A DNA stretch of 64,000 nt, from contig OZ024741.1 in assembly GCA_964016885.1 (NCBI GenBank), positions 268,088,001-268,152,000 on the forward strand, written 5' to 3'. A program made the translations under genes and the position numbers. Below the pieces are notes generated by a model. It made no database searches. It was not told the origin of the DNA and saw only the letters and a program-made list of their open reading frames with translations. Shown here in pieces: positions 15,111-28,135 of the stretch (positions are counted from its first letter, which is position 1; every line of letters begins with the position of its first letter). This DNA comes from Eledone cirrhosa (Eukaryota).

Positions 15111-15486
15111 TAGTCTTATGAATAAAATGACAAGATTGTCATAGCTGGAATACTTTTCACCACAGATCTGTTTGATCTGGGTTGATTTAAATTTACACAT
15201 CAACAATAATAGCATATGGTACTCTGTTGCTCTATTGCATGTTCCAGCTGACAAGCTGAGGCCATGCAGGGGCACCATTTTTTTTTTTTTTTTTTTTTTT
15301 ATCAACCTCATGAGTACGAAATACAAAGTTAAATCTTTGGTGGGTTTTGAACTCAGAGAGCAGAAAGCCCAGAATAAATACTGCAGAACATTCTATCTAA
15401 CACTCTAATAACGCTGCCTATTTACCATCTAGCTAAACATACAGTTTTGAAATATTCTCAATTTCATTTTTTTTTTTCTTTTACAG

Positions 15487-15555
15487 GTTTAGAAGCAGTT
15501 GCTTTGGAAATTGGTGGCCATGATCTTGTTTCAGAATTGTTGGAACCTTTTAATC
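15487..15555 (+). CDS. Eip93F: Internal coding exon (69 nt, phase 1-1) of the E93-like gene
   Basis: Strong poly-T plus ttacag| acceptor and C|gtaagt donor. Reads (G)LEAVALEIGGHDLVSELLEPFN(R), similar to the GLERVAEE / GFESILEGL segment of E93/LCORL. Confidence 0.82.
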
Positions 15556-15689
15556 GTAAGTAAAATTATTTTGTCCCACTTTTTTTCTGTTGTGTTTTGT
15601 TCTGTTGTTTCACAAAAAGGTAAAGGTTTTTAAATTATGATGGAAGGTTTGTAGATAGATATAAACACTTTAAAATCCACAGTTTTAAT

Positions 15690-16157
15690 AATAATAATTG
15701 TTTCTACTTTAGGCACAAGGCCATCAATTACCCAGTGCATTACTGGTACTTTATTTTATCGACCCCGTAAGGATGAAAGGCAAAGTCAACCTCGGTAGGA
15801 TTTGAACTCAGATTGTAAAGGGACGTAACTATGCTGGAAAGCATGGCATCCGACCCTCTACTGATACTGCTAATCCACCGCCCTGGTTTTAATAATAATA
15901 ATAATAATGAAATTATTGTGTACAGTGCTCAGGTGCACTACAACTCATCAAATGTGCATGTATAGTACATAGAATAATTGTTTCTACTTTTGGCACAAGG
16001 CCAGCAATTACCCAGTACTTTACTGGTACTTTATTTTATCAACCCCGTAAGGATGAAAGGCAAAGTAAACCTCGGCGGGATTTGAACTCAAAATGGCAAG
16101 GTCCGTAACTCTATGCATCAAAGCATGGCGTCCGACCCTCTACCGATACTGCCAATC
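15690..16157 (-). mobile_element. Two SINE family A copies in reverse orientation; other minus copies at ~12905-13098, 23878-24300, 26980-27160, 30090-30245, 61330-61505
   Basis: Reverse complement of the family A core: ctggtactttattttatcgaccccgtaaggatgaaaggcaaag. Confidence 0.85.
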
Positions 16158-16989
16158 TGTACAAATGTCAGGTATCATAGAATCAGATGCTGTTTCATGT
16201 GGTTTGGTATCATGTGGTTTAGCATTCAAACTAGCCATATCCAGCCAGAAATGTCTCACCTCTTTCTGTTCAAACCAGTTGAAACTGGCTACTTATACTG
16301 ATGTTAAGGTATTGTTCTCAAAATAAATAATATCAAAATCTCATAGATTCGATATGTGAGATAATTATCTAAGGTAAAGTGTTTACTACAAAAATATAAT
16401 AGTATATATAATGTGAATGCTAAAGGGTTAAACTATATTTCTTGAATGAATTCAATCCAGTAAAGCTGTTCTTCCTTTATCCCATTTAAAATATTTAGCT
16501 TGAAGATTTTCAAGTGTATATTATTTATTCTTAACCCTTTTTTTTATTTATATGATATGTATTGTATAGTTTGTTTTATTTTTCATTATTGGAAAGGGTC
16601 ATAACATTATCAGTAACATTGTCAAAGCTGTTTATTTTACCCTTTCTGTTCAAATCAGCCATAACCAGCTGTTTATACCGACTTTAAGGTATTGTTCTCA
16701 AAATAATACCATCAAAATCTCATAGTTTCGATATTATGTGAGTAAAGCTTTTACTGTGAAAATACAATAGTAAACATAGAGTAATGTAAATATTAAACCT
16801 TCCATCATAATTTTACAACCCTTATAGTCCAAACACTAGCTTAATAAGGAGAAAATTATCTTACCAAATCCATCCAGATTTTTTATTATTTTCAAAATTA
16901 TGTGAAAATCATAGGCAATGTTTTTAAAATGTTGTAAAGGAAGGGTTAAAGATATGAAAGGTAGAGAAAGCAGCTGGCTCTTCAAGGAT

Positions 16990-17400
16990 AGTTGTTGAGA
17001 TGATTAAATTATCCAGCAGGGTAGGGTTCAGACTAGTTACTTGTGTAGTTAATCATAAAAGTGTTGACTGTTGTAACAGCATCATTGTTGACTACTACAA
17101 AGTCAAGGGTGATATACAAGAGAGGGACAATTACACTGGCATCAAATTGTTGGACCAAGTCATGAAGGTAATAAAAAGAGTGATTAGGAACACTGTTGGC
17201 TTTGTGGAGGAGAAGCACTGTCAAATTCATCTTCCTAGTGAGACAACTGAGAGAAAAGTACTTAGCCAGTGTAAGCCATAGCATTCATTGACCTGGAAAA
17301 AACCTTTTGCTGGAGTCCCATGTGCTGTTATTTTGTAGTTGCTTGGGATAGATCAATGTTTTAGGAGGGCTGTACAAGACATGTGCAAAAGCACAATCAG
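16990..17400 (+). mobile_element. Degenerate RTE LINE RT fragment
   Basis: YKVKGDIQERDNYTGIKLLDQVMKV corresponds to the KG..NYRGI.LL RT N-terminal motif, followed by a decayed FIDLEK motif. Confidence 0.7.
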
Positions 17401-19319
17401 CATAGAAGATAGCACTCTACTATGATGAGGAAAAATGCCATGCAGAAAAGTAGGTATAAACTCCATACTGTATTCCCTGTGTGTGCAATGGATGCACAAA
17501 AGGTTTAGTAGGAACACTTGGCTCTAACTTGGGCAGGTTTTCATCTAAGCCACATGCCTCACTTACAAAGTACTCCCTTTTTTTTTTTCTTTTTAATTCT
17601 TTTATTACCATATTTCCAATGAAATACACTTAATTTTGAAAATAACCAAAATTATGAAAGTTTCTCATCATTAAGCTGATATTTAAAACATTACTTAAGA
17701 AAATTTTCTAAAATAAAATTATGATAGAAGATTTTACTATGGGGAAAAGCATTTTAAAATAAACAGTTTTGTATCATAAATCTAAGGCAGTTTCAGGTGG
17801 TTTGGATTCAAAAGGGTTAAAGATAGTAGGGTGTGATTTGAGATAGGTTTACCTACTATTCTTAGTAGGTTGAATCACCACATAGAAGGGCCTAATTTGT
17901 ATAATATGTTGTTGTTTAGCTTTAGGTCAAACCTGATTGAGGAGGCCTATGATTGTCTTTTTGTATGTTAGGGATTACATTGTTTAATGGATACTTCCGT
18001 TTTTTTTAAATGGTAGGGTGTAATTTGAAGGAGATATGGCTGCTATTTCTAACAGGTACAAGTGACTAGGTAGGGGCTCCTTTACCATATAGAAGCTTGA
18101 GAGTGGAAAAAAAATTATTTTTTAAGAGCCTAATGTGTGTCTGATATCAAATATCTTCAGTATCAAATACTGTTTCTAACAGAAATCATTCACACAAGAA
18201 TGGCTGTATCATTCTGTGGTTCTGGATGTTATCCTACTGTGCAGGATCTTAGGCAAGTGTCTTCTACCATTTTCTTGGGTTGACCAAGGCCTTGTGAGTA
18301 AAATTTGGTAGATGGAAATTGTACGAAAAAAAGTGCAGAGCAGTTTAAGTTGATTGCAACTGTGAAACAGGTAGATTTAGGAAAACTTGGGATGATGTGG
18401 TCAAGGGTGACCTCACGAAGCTGAACTACACAAAGTAGATGACACAGAATTGAGACTACTAGCAATAAGCCATACCACAGAAAACTAACCATCCCATACA
18501 TGCAGCATGAAAAGCATGTAGCAAAGTGTAATGACATTTTTAGACCCCTCCCCCTACAATATCTCCTCTCCTTCATTATTTAACCATTCCCTGGTCTTCC
18601 CTTCATCCATCTACTTAATGTACCCCTCCAACCATTCACATCCCTAATTCTTGTGTCCAGCATAAAAAAATAGATTCACCTTTCTATGTACTGCCGGATG
18701 TTACTCACTCTCTCCCAGGTTACCTCTCTCACTTTCACTTCCTCCCCCAACAAGCTGCTAGTAGCTTGACCCTACTTTCATCCTCCTCCCCCACATTCCC
18801 ATTACTACCTTCCCAGTCTGGCTGAGGTTGACACAATGAGCACCCTAGAGTTGGTGCCACAATAAAATGCACCCAGCCCACTCTGTAAAATGGTAATCCT
18901 CGTGTCAGTAAAAATGCACCCAGTTCACTCTGTCAGGTGGTAGTGTTGAGTCCACGGCAAAATGCACTCAATACATGCTGTGAAGTGGTTAGTATTAGGA
19001 AGGCCATCTAACCATAGAAACCATGCCAGAATGGAGCATATGAATAAGATGTCTGGTGTTAGAACATGACAATACATCTAACCCATGCAAGAATGGAAAA
19101 TAGGCATAAATAGATGTGATGATGTATGTGTATATGTGGTATTGACACCAGACAAGCTTAACCATTTGTTAAAAATTAAAAGTATGATGTTTGGATTGAG
19201 CAGCTTCAGAATTCTCAGCAGAAACGGAATTGGAGTTTATTCCATACTGAGGCAATTCTGTAAGTGAGCTATTCAGTATTGTGTATGTAAAATAGTTTTC
19301 ATAACCAGAATTACAGCGA

Positions 19320-19635
19320 TACATAAATTTAATTCATTCCTGAAGGCCATTCATCACCCAAAATGTTCGTAAACTGAAACTATTTTTCCAATACGAAATG
19401 TTGAGAGAGAAATACAGTAAGAGAGTTACTGTTTGAAAGGCAGATAGGTATCACCATAATAACTAACTACACAGCAAGTGATGCTTTCCCACTGTTATTC
19501 CCAGTTTGCTGCCAGCATGCATATTCTTCACTCAAGACACCATTCATCACCTGAGATATTTTATGTTCAGAAAAAAAATGTTCGCGAACTGATTTGTTTG
19601 TGATGAGAAGCGTTTGCGAACCAAATTTCTACTGT
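19320..19635. mobile_element. Decayed Tigger/pogo-like DNA transposon derivative
   Basis: Repeated tgttcgtaaactga / tgttcgcgaactga subterminal motifs and a terminal ...gcgaaccaaatttctactg resembling Tigger-type TIRs. Confidence 0.4.
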
Positions 19636-20864
19636 TTGTGGAAAAAGAAGTTACCATTGACTGCTACAAGGAATCAAACCCCATATATCTCAGATACCGA
19701 CTAAGTGCTTTGAAAATCAACTCATGAATACTCTGAAGTCTCTAGTCTAGGAGAATGTTGTATAGCTAATTGCGTTTTTTTATTATTATTATTTTGGGGG
19801 TAGAGGGCAGTGGATTAGCAGTATCGATTAATTGACAGTATTGGTTGGGCACCAGACAACATGCTTTGCAGCATAGAGTTACAGCCCTTTACGTTCTAAG
19901 TTCAAATCCTGTTGGGGCTAGCGTTGCCGTTCATCCTTACGAGAACAATAAATAAAGCACTAGTAATGCACTGGGGTTGATCTAATCGACTTCCCATCCT
20001 CATAAAATGGTTGGCCTGTGCTTAAATCAGAAACCATTATATTGTTATTTATTTTACTAACAACATTTGTAATAAACATTTTAAATATTTAAAACCTGTT
20101 TACCCCATTATCCTAAAGAAAACAGGCAGTGGTTTTTTAGCCCTAAGTCAGCACTGGTTGAGCAAATTTATGACAAACAACATTCCACAGTTGTGACCAT
20201 TTCTTATTTTTGTATATCGATGACTACATTGTCCAATATGTCCTTCCTTTTTATTTTTAAGACAGTGAGGTGGTGATCTTAGATAGATTTGGCTGCTATT
20301 TCTAGCAAGTTGAGTGACTGCATAGGGATTCCATCACTCTATGAAAGTAGGAAATATTTTCCAGAAGGAGATTGGCTGCTGCTATATTGAGCTGATCATG
20401 TGGCTACATAGAAGCTCCTTCATTGGTCCAACTAAGTTTGGTATTGTATCGGCTTGTGTATGTCTCACTAAGGCCTGTATAATTAGATAGATGAATAATA
20501 AAAAGAAGAAAAAGATGGATCATGAAAATTTGATGATCAAATGTTGAACCAGTTGTTGCCATTGCTATAAAGTCAATATGTCAATGTAAAGTGACAGTTG
20601 GAATTAATCTAGGGAGAAAAGAACTAGCTTAATATGCACAAGGCTAACAGAAATGTTAATAAAAGACAAAGCTAAGACAGATAGGGTCATATGTCAAAAC
20701 AGTTGGAGAACAAAGCAGTTAAAAACGATAATAATAATGCCACCCATTAATCAAGAGTATAAATTTTCCAAAATTTGCATTACAAATCTATATTGTACCA
20801 TTTCCATAGAACCAACCAATTTTAAACTTGCTTCAGATGAATAATTGATGCAACCTTTCTATGT

Positions 20865-21390
20865 AATTACTCAACTTGCTAGAAATAGTAGCCAAATCTA
20901 CTACATTTCACACACCCCACACACATACACGCAACAATAAAGAAGCCCTCTAGGTGGTCGTTTGAATTGCTAGACATAGCAGCCAAATCTACTACATTTC
21001 ACACCCTTGTGGCAACAAAGGAGTCCTCTATGTGGTTGTTTGAACTGCTAGGCATAGCTGCCTGTTCTACCACATTTCACACCACCCCACAGCCACAACA
21101 GAGCCCTCTAGCCCTCTATATGGTTTTTTGAACAGCTAGACATAGCAGCCTAATACCATATTTCACACCCTTGTGGCAACAAAGCCCTCTAGGTGGTTGT
21201 TTGAACTGCTAGAAATAGCTGCCTTTTCTACCATATTTCACACCACCTCACAGTCAGAAAGGAGCCCTCTATGTGTTCGTTTGAACAGCTAGACATAGCA
21301 GCCAAATCTACCATATTTCATACCCCTGTGGCAACAAAGAAGCACTCTATGTGGTCGTTTGAACTGCTAGACATAACAGCCAAATTATGC
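20865..21390. repeat. Minisatellite, ~70-80-bp unit x7, amplified from a dispersed repeat
   Basis: Repeated gagccctctatgtggt.gtttgaactgctagacatagcagccaaatctaccatatttcacacc. Related single copies at ~10560, 14640, 17830-18090 and 20270-20430. Confidence 0.85.
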
Positions 21391-22688
21391 AAATCAGTCC
21401 TGTCATCTTTGAAAAAAAGTGGAGAATGATATATTGAATAATGTAGGCTTAGCTGCAGAAAAAAAGTATGGATGCTTATGGCTGAAATGTCTTTGATCAT
21501 AACTTCCCTTGATCAGGGTTGACAACAGCAACATTTTCAGGACTCCTAATCCTTAAATTCGCATTCATTCACTCACACGCACACACACACTCTCTCTCAC
21601 ACGCACACACACTCTCTCTCTCAAAATTGGTTCACAATTATTTCGCTCTTCTGCATGAATCTTTATCCTCATTATGGATTATTGACCCTTCAACCATTTT
21701 CCTTTTCTTCTTTTTCTTCACTGCCTCATCCTCCACCACCACCACCACCTTCTTTTTCTTCTGTCCTCCACCACCACCACCACCTTCTTTGTCTCTTTCT
21801 CCATCTCCTTCTCCAACATTTATTCTGAGGTGAAATACTATTACATGTAATGAGTAACTGGTTCTATTGTGCACCAAAATGTCATCAGCAGAATTATACA
21901 CTGAATACATAATAGAGCTCATTGTGGTCTGATGTGTTCCCAAGTGGTAGATCTTATCAATATGACTGGAGGGGTGGTGGTGGTGGTATTGGTGGTGGGG
22001 GTGAGGAGGAGGGAACTGATCAAAACTAGACACCACCATAACCACCACCACCACTGCGACCAGCTGCTGCTGCCATGGATGCATTTACATGTGAACTCAT
22101 CAGCTGACTTGCTCCTGCCTATGTTCAACACACACACACACATGTATTTATTACCAAGTGTACCAGTATCAATATGCTAGGCCCACTTAGCATCTACTTG
22201 TTGTCTTCAGCTGACTAAATTTAGATCCCAGTGATTATAGCATATAGTTTAAACCAATGATGATGTCCCTCTCTCTGCTTGTGGCTCTCTTTTTCCTTCT
22301 AACACTTACTGCTTCTTTTCATCCCAGACCATTATTATTTGTTTTATGAGCAGAACAATTCAATTTTATTGCTAAAAACTACTTGTGTTGAAGAATCTGC
22401 TTCTCTGCTGCTTATTTGTCACTTGTTCCTTCTTTCTTTTGTTTTCTTTTGTTGTTTTATATTGTTTCTTCTATGTCCATCTGTCTCTCATACACAATTC
22501 ACTCTGTCTACCTTTCTAACCCCCCCCCCCCCCTCTCTCTCTCTCTCCATCCCTTTCTGTCTGTCTGCCTGACCCTATCTCTCTCTCTCTCATATATGTG
22601 TCTGTCTGTCTATCTCTCTGCTTCTCTTACTCTTTTTTACATCTCTTATGCTCCTCATTTCTTTCTTCTTTACATTGTGACTCTCCAA

Positions 22689-22765
<77 letters not shown>

Positions 22766-23208
22766 ATTTGCCACATCTTTGACACACTCTCTCTCTCTCC
22801 TTTCTTACACACTTAATATCTTCCTTATATTTTAAAACATTTCTAGTAATGGACACTGGTAATGTTTCTTACATGTTGTTTATCTTTCATCTGACTAAAC
22901 ACAGAAATACCCCCCTCCTCCCTCCACTTTTTTTTTATTATTTCTTACAAGAATTTGAAAGCAAACAGTCTTTGTAGCTCAATTTTAGTTAGTTTGGTTG
23001 ATTTTATTTCATTTATTCATATCATATTCATAACAAAATATATTTATAAAAATTTTACGTAAATTCATTTGTAAAGGATGGTAACATCAGGACCAATTCT
23101 AGGGTTGTTGACATCTTAGAAAAGTTTTTTCTCAGGTGCTCCTTTTTAACAAGGACAGATGTGACATGCATCTGTTTGTTAATCAAAGATCATAGAGCTT
23201 AACTGTTG

Positions 23209-23850
23209 TCATCATCATCATCATTTTACGTCCGCTTTTCCCTGCTTGCAAGGGTGGGACGGGTCTTATTCAGCACAGCATCTCTCCACTCGTCATGGTC
23301 CCTCGTCATCTCCACCGTGAGCTTCAATGATCTGAGGTCTGTTCTCACCACCTCTGCCCATGTTTTTCGTGGTCTACCTCTACCACGTCTTCCTTCAACT
23401 GGCATTTCCTGGCACTTCTTCACCCATTGGTCATCCTCCATGCGCATCACATGTCCATACCACCTCAGTCTCCTCTCCCATACACTACATTCTATCCCTC
23501 TCAGACACAGTTTCTCTCTCAACACATTTATGCTGGGTCGTTCACGCACATTTACACTGCACATCCAACGGAGCATGCTTGCCTCATTTCTCTCCAGCCG
23601 TCGCATATCCTCTGCAGTTGCTGCCCATGTCTCACTACCATCCAGCATCGCGTTCCTCACACAGGCATCATACAACCGGCCTTTCGTATGCAGGGAGAAA
23701 CCCTTCTTCATCAACAGAGGAAGCAGCTCCCTAAACTTCTTCCAACCCATCCTTATTCTAGATACTATGGCCTCGGAACACCCTCCTCCCATGCTAATCT
23801 GATCTCCTAGGTACCGGAAGCTATCCACCACTTCTATAGCGCCCTCTTGC
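23209..23850 (-). mobile_element. 5'-truncated RTE-clade LINE (RT C-terminus/thumb, (GAT)n tail)
   Basis: Open frame VVDSFRYLGDQI...LYDACVRNAMLDGSETW...RRLRWYGHVMRM...GRRGRGRPRKTW, ending in gcggacgtaaaatgatgatga. Confidence 0.92.
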
Positions 23851-26009
23851 AATATTGTATAGTTTATATTAGGAAACAAGATAATAATAATTCTTTCTGC
23901 TTTAGGCACAAGGCCAGTAATTTGAGGGGAAAGTCAATTAAATCAACCCCAGTGCATTACTGGTACTTTATTTTATCAACCCCCTGTAAGGATGAAAGGC
24001 AAAGCTAACCTTAGCGGGATTTGAACTTAGAATGTAAAAGGCCATAACTATGCTACAAAGCATTGTATCTGACCCTATAAGGATGAAAGGCAGAGCTAAC
24101 CTTGGTGGTATTAATAATAATTGTTTCTACTTTAGGCACAAGGCCAGCAATTACCTAGTGCATTACTGGTACTTTATTTTATCGACCCCGTAAGGATGAA
24201 AGGCAAAGTTAACCTCGGCGGGATTTGAACTCGGATCGTAAAGGGACGTAACTATGCTGGAAAGCATGGCGTCCGACCCTCTACCGATACTGCCAATCCA
24301 CTAATAATAATAACAACACATCTACACAGCTTAAAACTTGATTCTTACTTAAACACTTGGGCTGTATCTGTCATACAGTAACAATGCTGGGATCCTTAAG
24401 TTGACTAAAGTGAGGTTGGTAAGCTGGGTTGCAGAACAAGAAAAATGATGACCATGCATAAAGCATTAGATCCAAAAGCAAGTGTAAATTGGTTGTAGAT
24501 GAAATGCTCAGTTAGAGGATGAGGGCTGATGAGTGTTACTGAATGTTTTGGGAATAAGAGGTGGACCAATAATTACCACCTGATAAATAGTAATGAAAGA
24601 ATTCTACAGTGTGTTTCAACAGTAATTGGCCTAGAAAAGAAAAAGATGGAAAGTAAAAAGAGTTTAGGGAAAATGAAGAAGCACTGCTGATATGAGCCCA
24701 AGACCAAGCTTGAGTACTAATTCGGTGATGAGAGGAACTTATCATCTTGGTGAAAGGGAGAAGTGCCATCTGTGTGAAATTAATATAGAAAGTGTCACCC
24801 GCATAGTGAGTGTGGGTAAAATACTAGCTTAAATAATTGTAATAAATAGTAATTAAAATACAAAATTATTCAAAAGTTGACAAAGAAAAGTTCCCCCATA
24901 GGAGGTGGTGACCTTTAAGGATAATTCCAGGGAAATCCCCATACAAAAAAAACTCCAAATTATTCTGTTGCATCAAGGGCATTGATAGAGCCCTCTCCCA
25001 GACTTTTTCTTCTTGTTGAGTATTGTCAGAACAATCTAACTGATCTTACTCATCTTACCCAAAAAATTATATAAATATATATTCATTTTATTAAGGCTAA
25101 ATAGTGAGCCTTGTTACTCTGGAGTTTCACTTGCTTCTCACTGGGTCATGATATGCACACATGCACACACACACACATACTAGAAGGCAACATCTCCCTC
25201 TCTACCAACACTTTCTTCTCCAAGTGGTACTTGAAGAAGTTGATGATAGCTTGGCCAAAGACAGCAATTCCTGCCCTCAAACCCCTTAGATATGTCCACC
25301 ATACTACTTCTTTCACCATATCTACCAGGCAAAGGAAGACCTGTCACACTTCCCTACTTCCCTTCTAAAGGAAGGTGGAAGTTTTATTTTCACTATTCAT
25401 TTCAAAGTGCAAGATTGCAAATACATGTTGATATCAGTTGTTTATAAAGTACCAAACATCTAGTATTTTACATTCTTTAACATCATGAGAAACTGAATAT
25501 TGTCATGAAATATATGTGAGATTGAGATTTCGATAGATAACATGGTACAAGGTTACAAAAAAAAATTATATAAGACATGGCTGCACTCCGAGGTATATTA
25601 TACACAAGGATGTGAATTATTCTTCTTTTTGTTTTTTGTTGCTCTTTTTTTTGGGGGGGGGGGGGTCATATTATACACAAAGATGTACAATTATATTGTG
25701 TTAAGTTTTTCAACTATCTAGTTATGTTCCTTTGTCGATAAAATATATACTAATGAAGAACTGAAGCTGTATAATCACACACCACACACACACAAACCAA
25801 AAGAAAAAATGTGGTCATGTGTCTTTATTAAGAATCAGCATCATTTAACATCTATTTTCCATGTTTGTATGAGTTAGGTTGTCATGTTCTGAGGCTAGAC
25901 TGATCAGGTAACACCATCTTGTTCATATGTTCTGTTTTTGGCTTGGTTTCTATAACTGGATGCCCTCCCTAACACCAACCACTTTATAGCATGTATCGGG
26001 AGCAGCTTA

Positions 26010-26385
26010 TCGTGGTACCAACATTACCACCTTACTGGGTGGATTGGGAGTTTTTCATCGATGCACCAGCACTATCACCTTTCTGGGTGAACTGGGTCTT
26101 TTTTTGTCATAGCAGCAGCACAGCCACTTTACTGGGTGTTTTTTCATTGTAGCACCTTACAAGGTGGACTGGGTACTTTTCATTGTGGCACCAGTACTAC
26201 CACCTTACAGGGTGGACTGGGTATTTTTTATCATGACACCAAGGTAGACTGGATGCATTTTATTGTGGCATCAGTACTACCACCTTACAGGCTGGACTGG
26301 GTGCATTTTATTGTGACATCAGCACTATTACCTTACAAGGTGGACTGAGTACATTTTATTGTAGCATTAACACTACCTTGTTACA
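26010..26385. repeat. Internal ~45-bp tandem array of a SINE-B-related element; opposite-orientation arrays at ~8690-8910 and ~18850-18990
   Basis: Repeated ggtggactgggtgcattttattgtggcatcagtactaccaccttaca, adjoining gatgccctccctaacaccaacc. Confidence 0.75.
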
Positions 26386-26930
26386 ACACTTGAGTGCTCA
26401 AAGTGTCTTTCAATTTTAACATTTCTTATATTAAAAAGCTGAAATTTTAAATATTTAGATATAAACATTTAGATATAAACTAAATAAAATAAAATATTTA
26501 GATATAAACATTTAGATATTATTCAAAATCAAGCAAATTAAAACCTGGCATAGATGTAAATATTTTAAGAAATGTTTCATCCTTAAAGATGGGCATTAAT
26601 AGTTAACAAAATGACACCAACTTATCTTAATTCGAAATCATGAAATTCGAAATCATGAAATTAAGTTTAGACATAACTATCATATTATTTTGTTTACTTA
26701 TAGAATATATCACATTACTTTATTTTATTATACTATATATAGTTTTTTTACCTGTTTGTATATAACGATGTTCTATTATTGTGACAACATGCTTCTGGTC
26801 GATTTATTTTTGGTGTTACTATTTCTTAACTTTTTGTGTTCGCTCTGAGTAGAAATTTAATAATTCCTCACTCATTGAGTGCTTTGTGACTGCCTCTCAT
26901 GATTCAGCTGCAACTTCGGTTATACTCATT

Positions 26931-26983
<53 letters not shown>

Positions 26984-27200
26984 GTTTCTACTATTGGCAC
27001 AAGGCCAGCAATTACCCAGTACATTACTGGTACTTTATTTTATCGACCCCGTAAGGATGAAAGGCAAAGTTAACCTCGGCGGGATTTGAACTCAGAATGG
27101 CAAGGGCCGTAACTCTATGCGTTAAAGCATGGCGTCCGACCCTCTACCGACACTGCCAAGTCACTGTGTGTGTATATATATATATATGAATATATATATA

Positions 27201-27535
27201 AGAGGGGCACATGTCTTAGTGGTTCGAGCATTGGCCTTGCAATCGAAAGGTTGTGAGTTCAATTCTCAGACCGGGTGATGTGTTGTTTCCTTGAGCAAGA
27301 CACATTATTTCACATTGCTCCAGTTTACTCAGCTGTAGAAATGAGATGATAGGGGCTGGGGTCCCTATCATTCCACTGTAAAGTGGTCGTGGAGGTGCCA
27401 CGGCATAAAAGCACCCAGCACTCACTGTAAATGAGGTTGGTGTTAGGAAGGGCATCCAGCTGTAGAAATCAAGCCAGAATCAGTTCCCATCCCACCCTTG
27501 CCAGCAGGGAAAAAGCGGACGTAAAATGATGATGA
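27201..27535 (+). mobile_element. Full-length tRNA-derived SINE family B with an RTE-like 3' tail
   Basis: tRNA-like head ggcacatgtcttagtggttcgagca...gagttcaattctc, body ccttgagcaagacac...ggttggtgttaggaagggcatccagctgtagaaa, tail acccttgccagcagggaaaaagcggacgtaaaatgatgatga. Confidence 0.85.
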
Positions 27536-27553
27536 ATGTGTGTGTGTATGTAT

Positions 27554-27592
<39 letters not shown>

Positions 27593-27729
27593 ATGTGTGT
27601 ATGTATGTATATATATATATGTATATATATATAATGTGTGTGTGTGTGTGTGCGTGTATGTATGTATATATGTATGTGTGTGTGTATATATATATGTATA
27701 TATATAATTTGTGTGTGTGTGTGTGTATA

Positions 27730-28070
27730 TCATCATCATCATTTCATTTTACGTTCGCTTTTTCCCTGCTTGCAAGGGTAGGATGGGAACTGATTCTGGC
27801 TTGATTTCTACAGCTGGATGCCCTTCCTAACACCAACCTCATTTACAGTGAGTGCTGGGTGCTTTTTTGCCGTGGCACCTCCACGACCACTTTGCAGTGG
27901 AATGATAGGGACCCCAGTACCCATCATCTCATTTCTACAGCTGAGTAAACTGGAGCAATGTGAAATAAAGTGTCTTGCTCAAGGAAACAACACATCACCT
28001 GGTCCGAGAATTGAACTCAAAACCTTTCGATTGCAAGGCCAATGCTCTAACCACTAAGCCATGTGCCTCC
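27730..28070 (-). mobile_element. Second full-length SINE family B copy, inverted relative to 27201-27535
   Basis: Near-perfect reverse complement. The ORF track gives almost identical 79-aa pseudo-peptides on opposite strands. Confidence 0.88.
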
Positions 28071-28090
28071 ATATATATATGTGTGTGTGT

Positions 28091-28135
<45 letters not shown>

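Noticed and set aside
1-15486. Expected first coding exon of the E93-like gene (Cys/Arg-rich C..RC..ER...RREL..W motif)
   Set aside because: No convincing match with a phase-1 donor found by eye; it likely lies upstream of the window.
20865-21390. Repeat-spacer-like arrays resembling CRISPR (also 8690-8910 and 43597-43830)
   Set aside because: The 'spacers' are related to each other, the repeats are degenerate, there are no cas genes, and the context is a eukaryotic intron.
21638-22084. 148-aa minus-strand ORF
   Set aside because: Composed of trinucleotide-repeat runs (V, H, G, K) with no domain signal.
27201-27275. tRNA-like sequence
   Set aside because: No acceptor-stem pairing, and it runs directly into a SINE body, so it is a SINE head rather than a tRNA gene.
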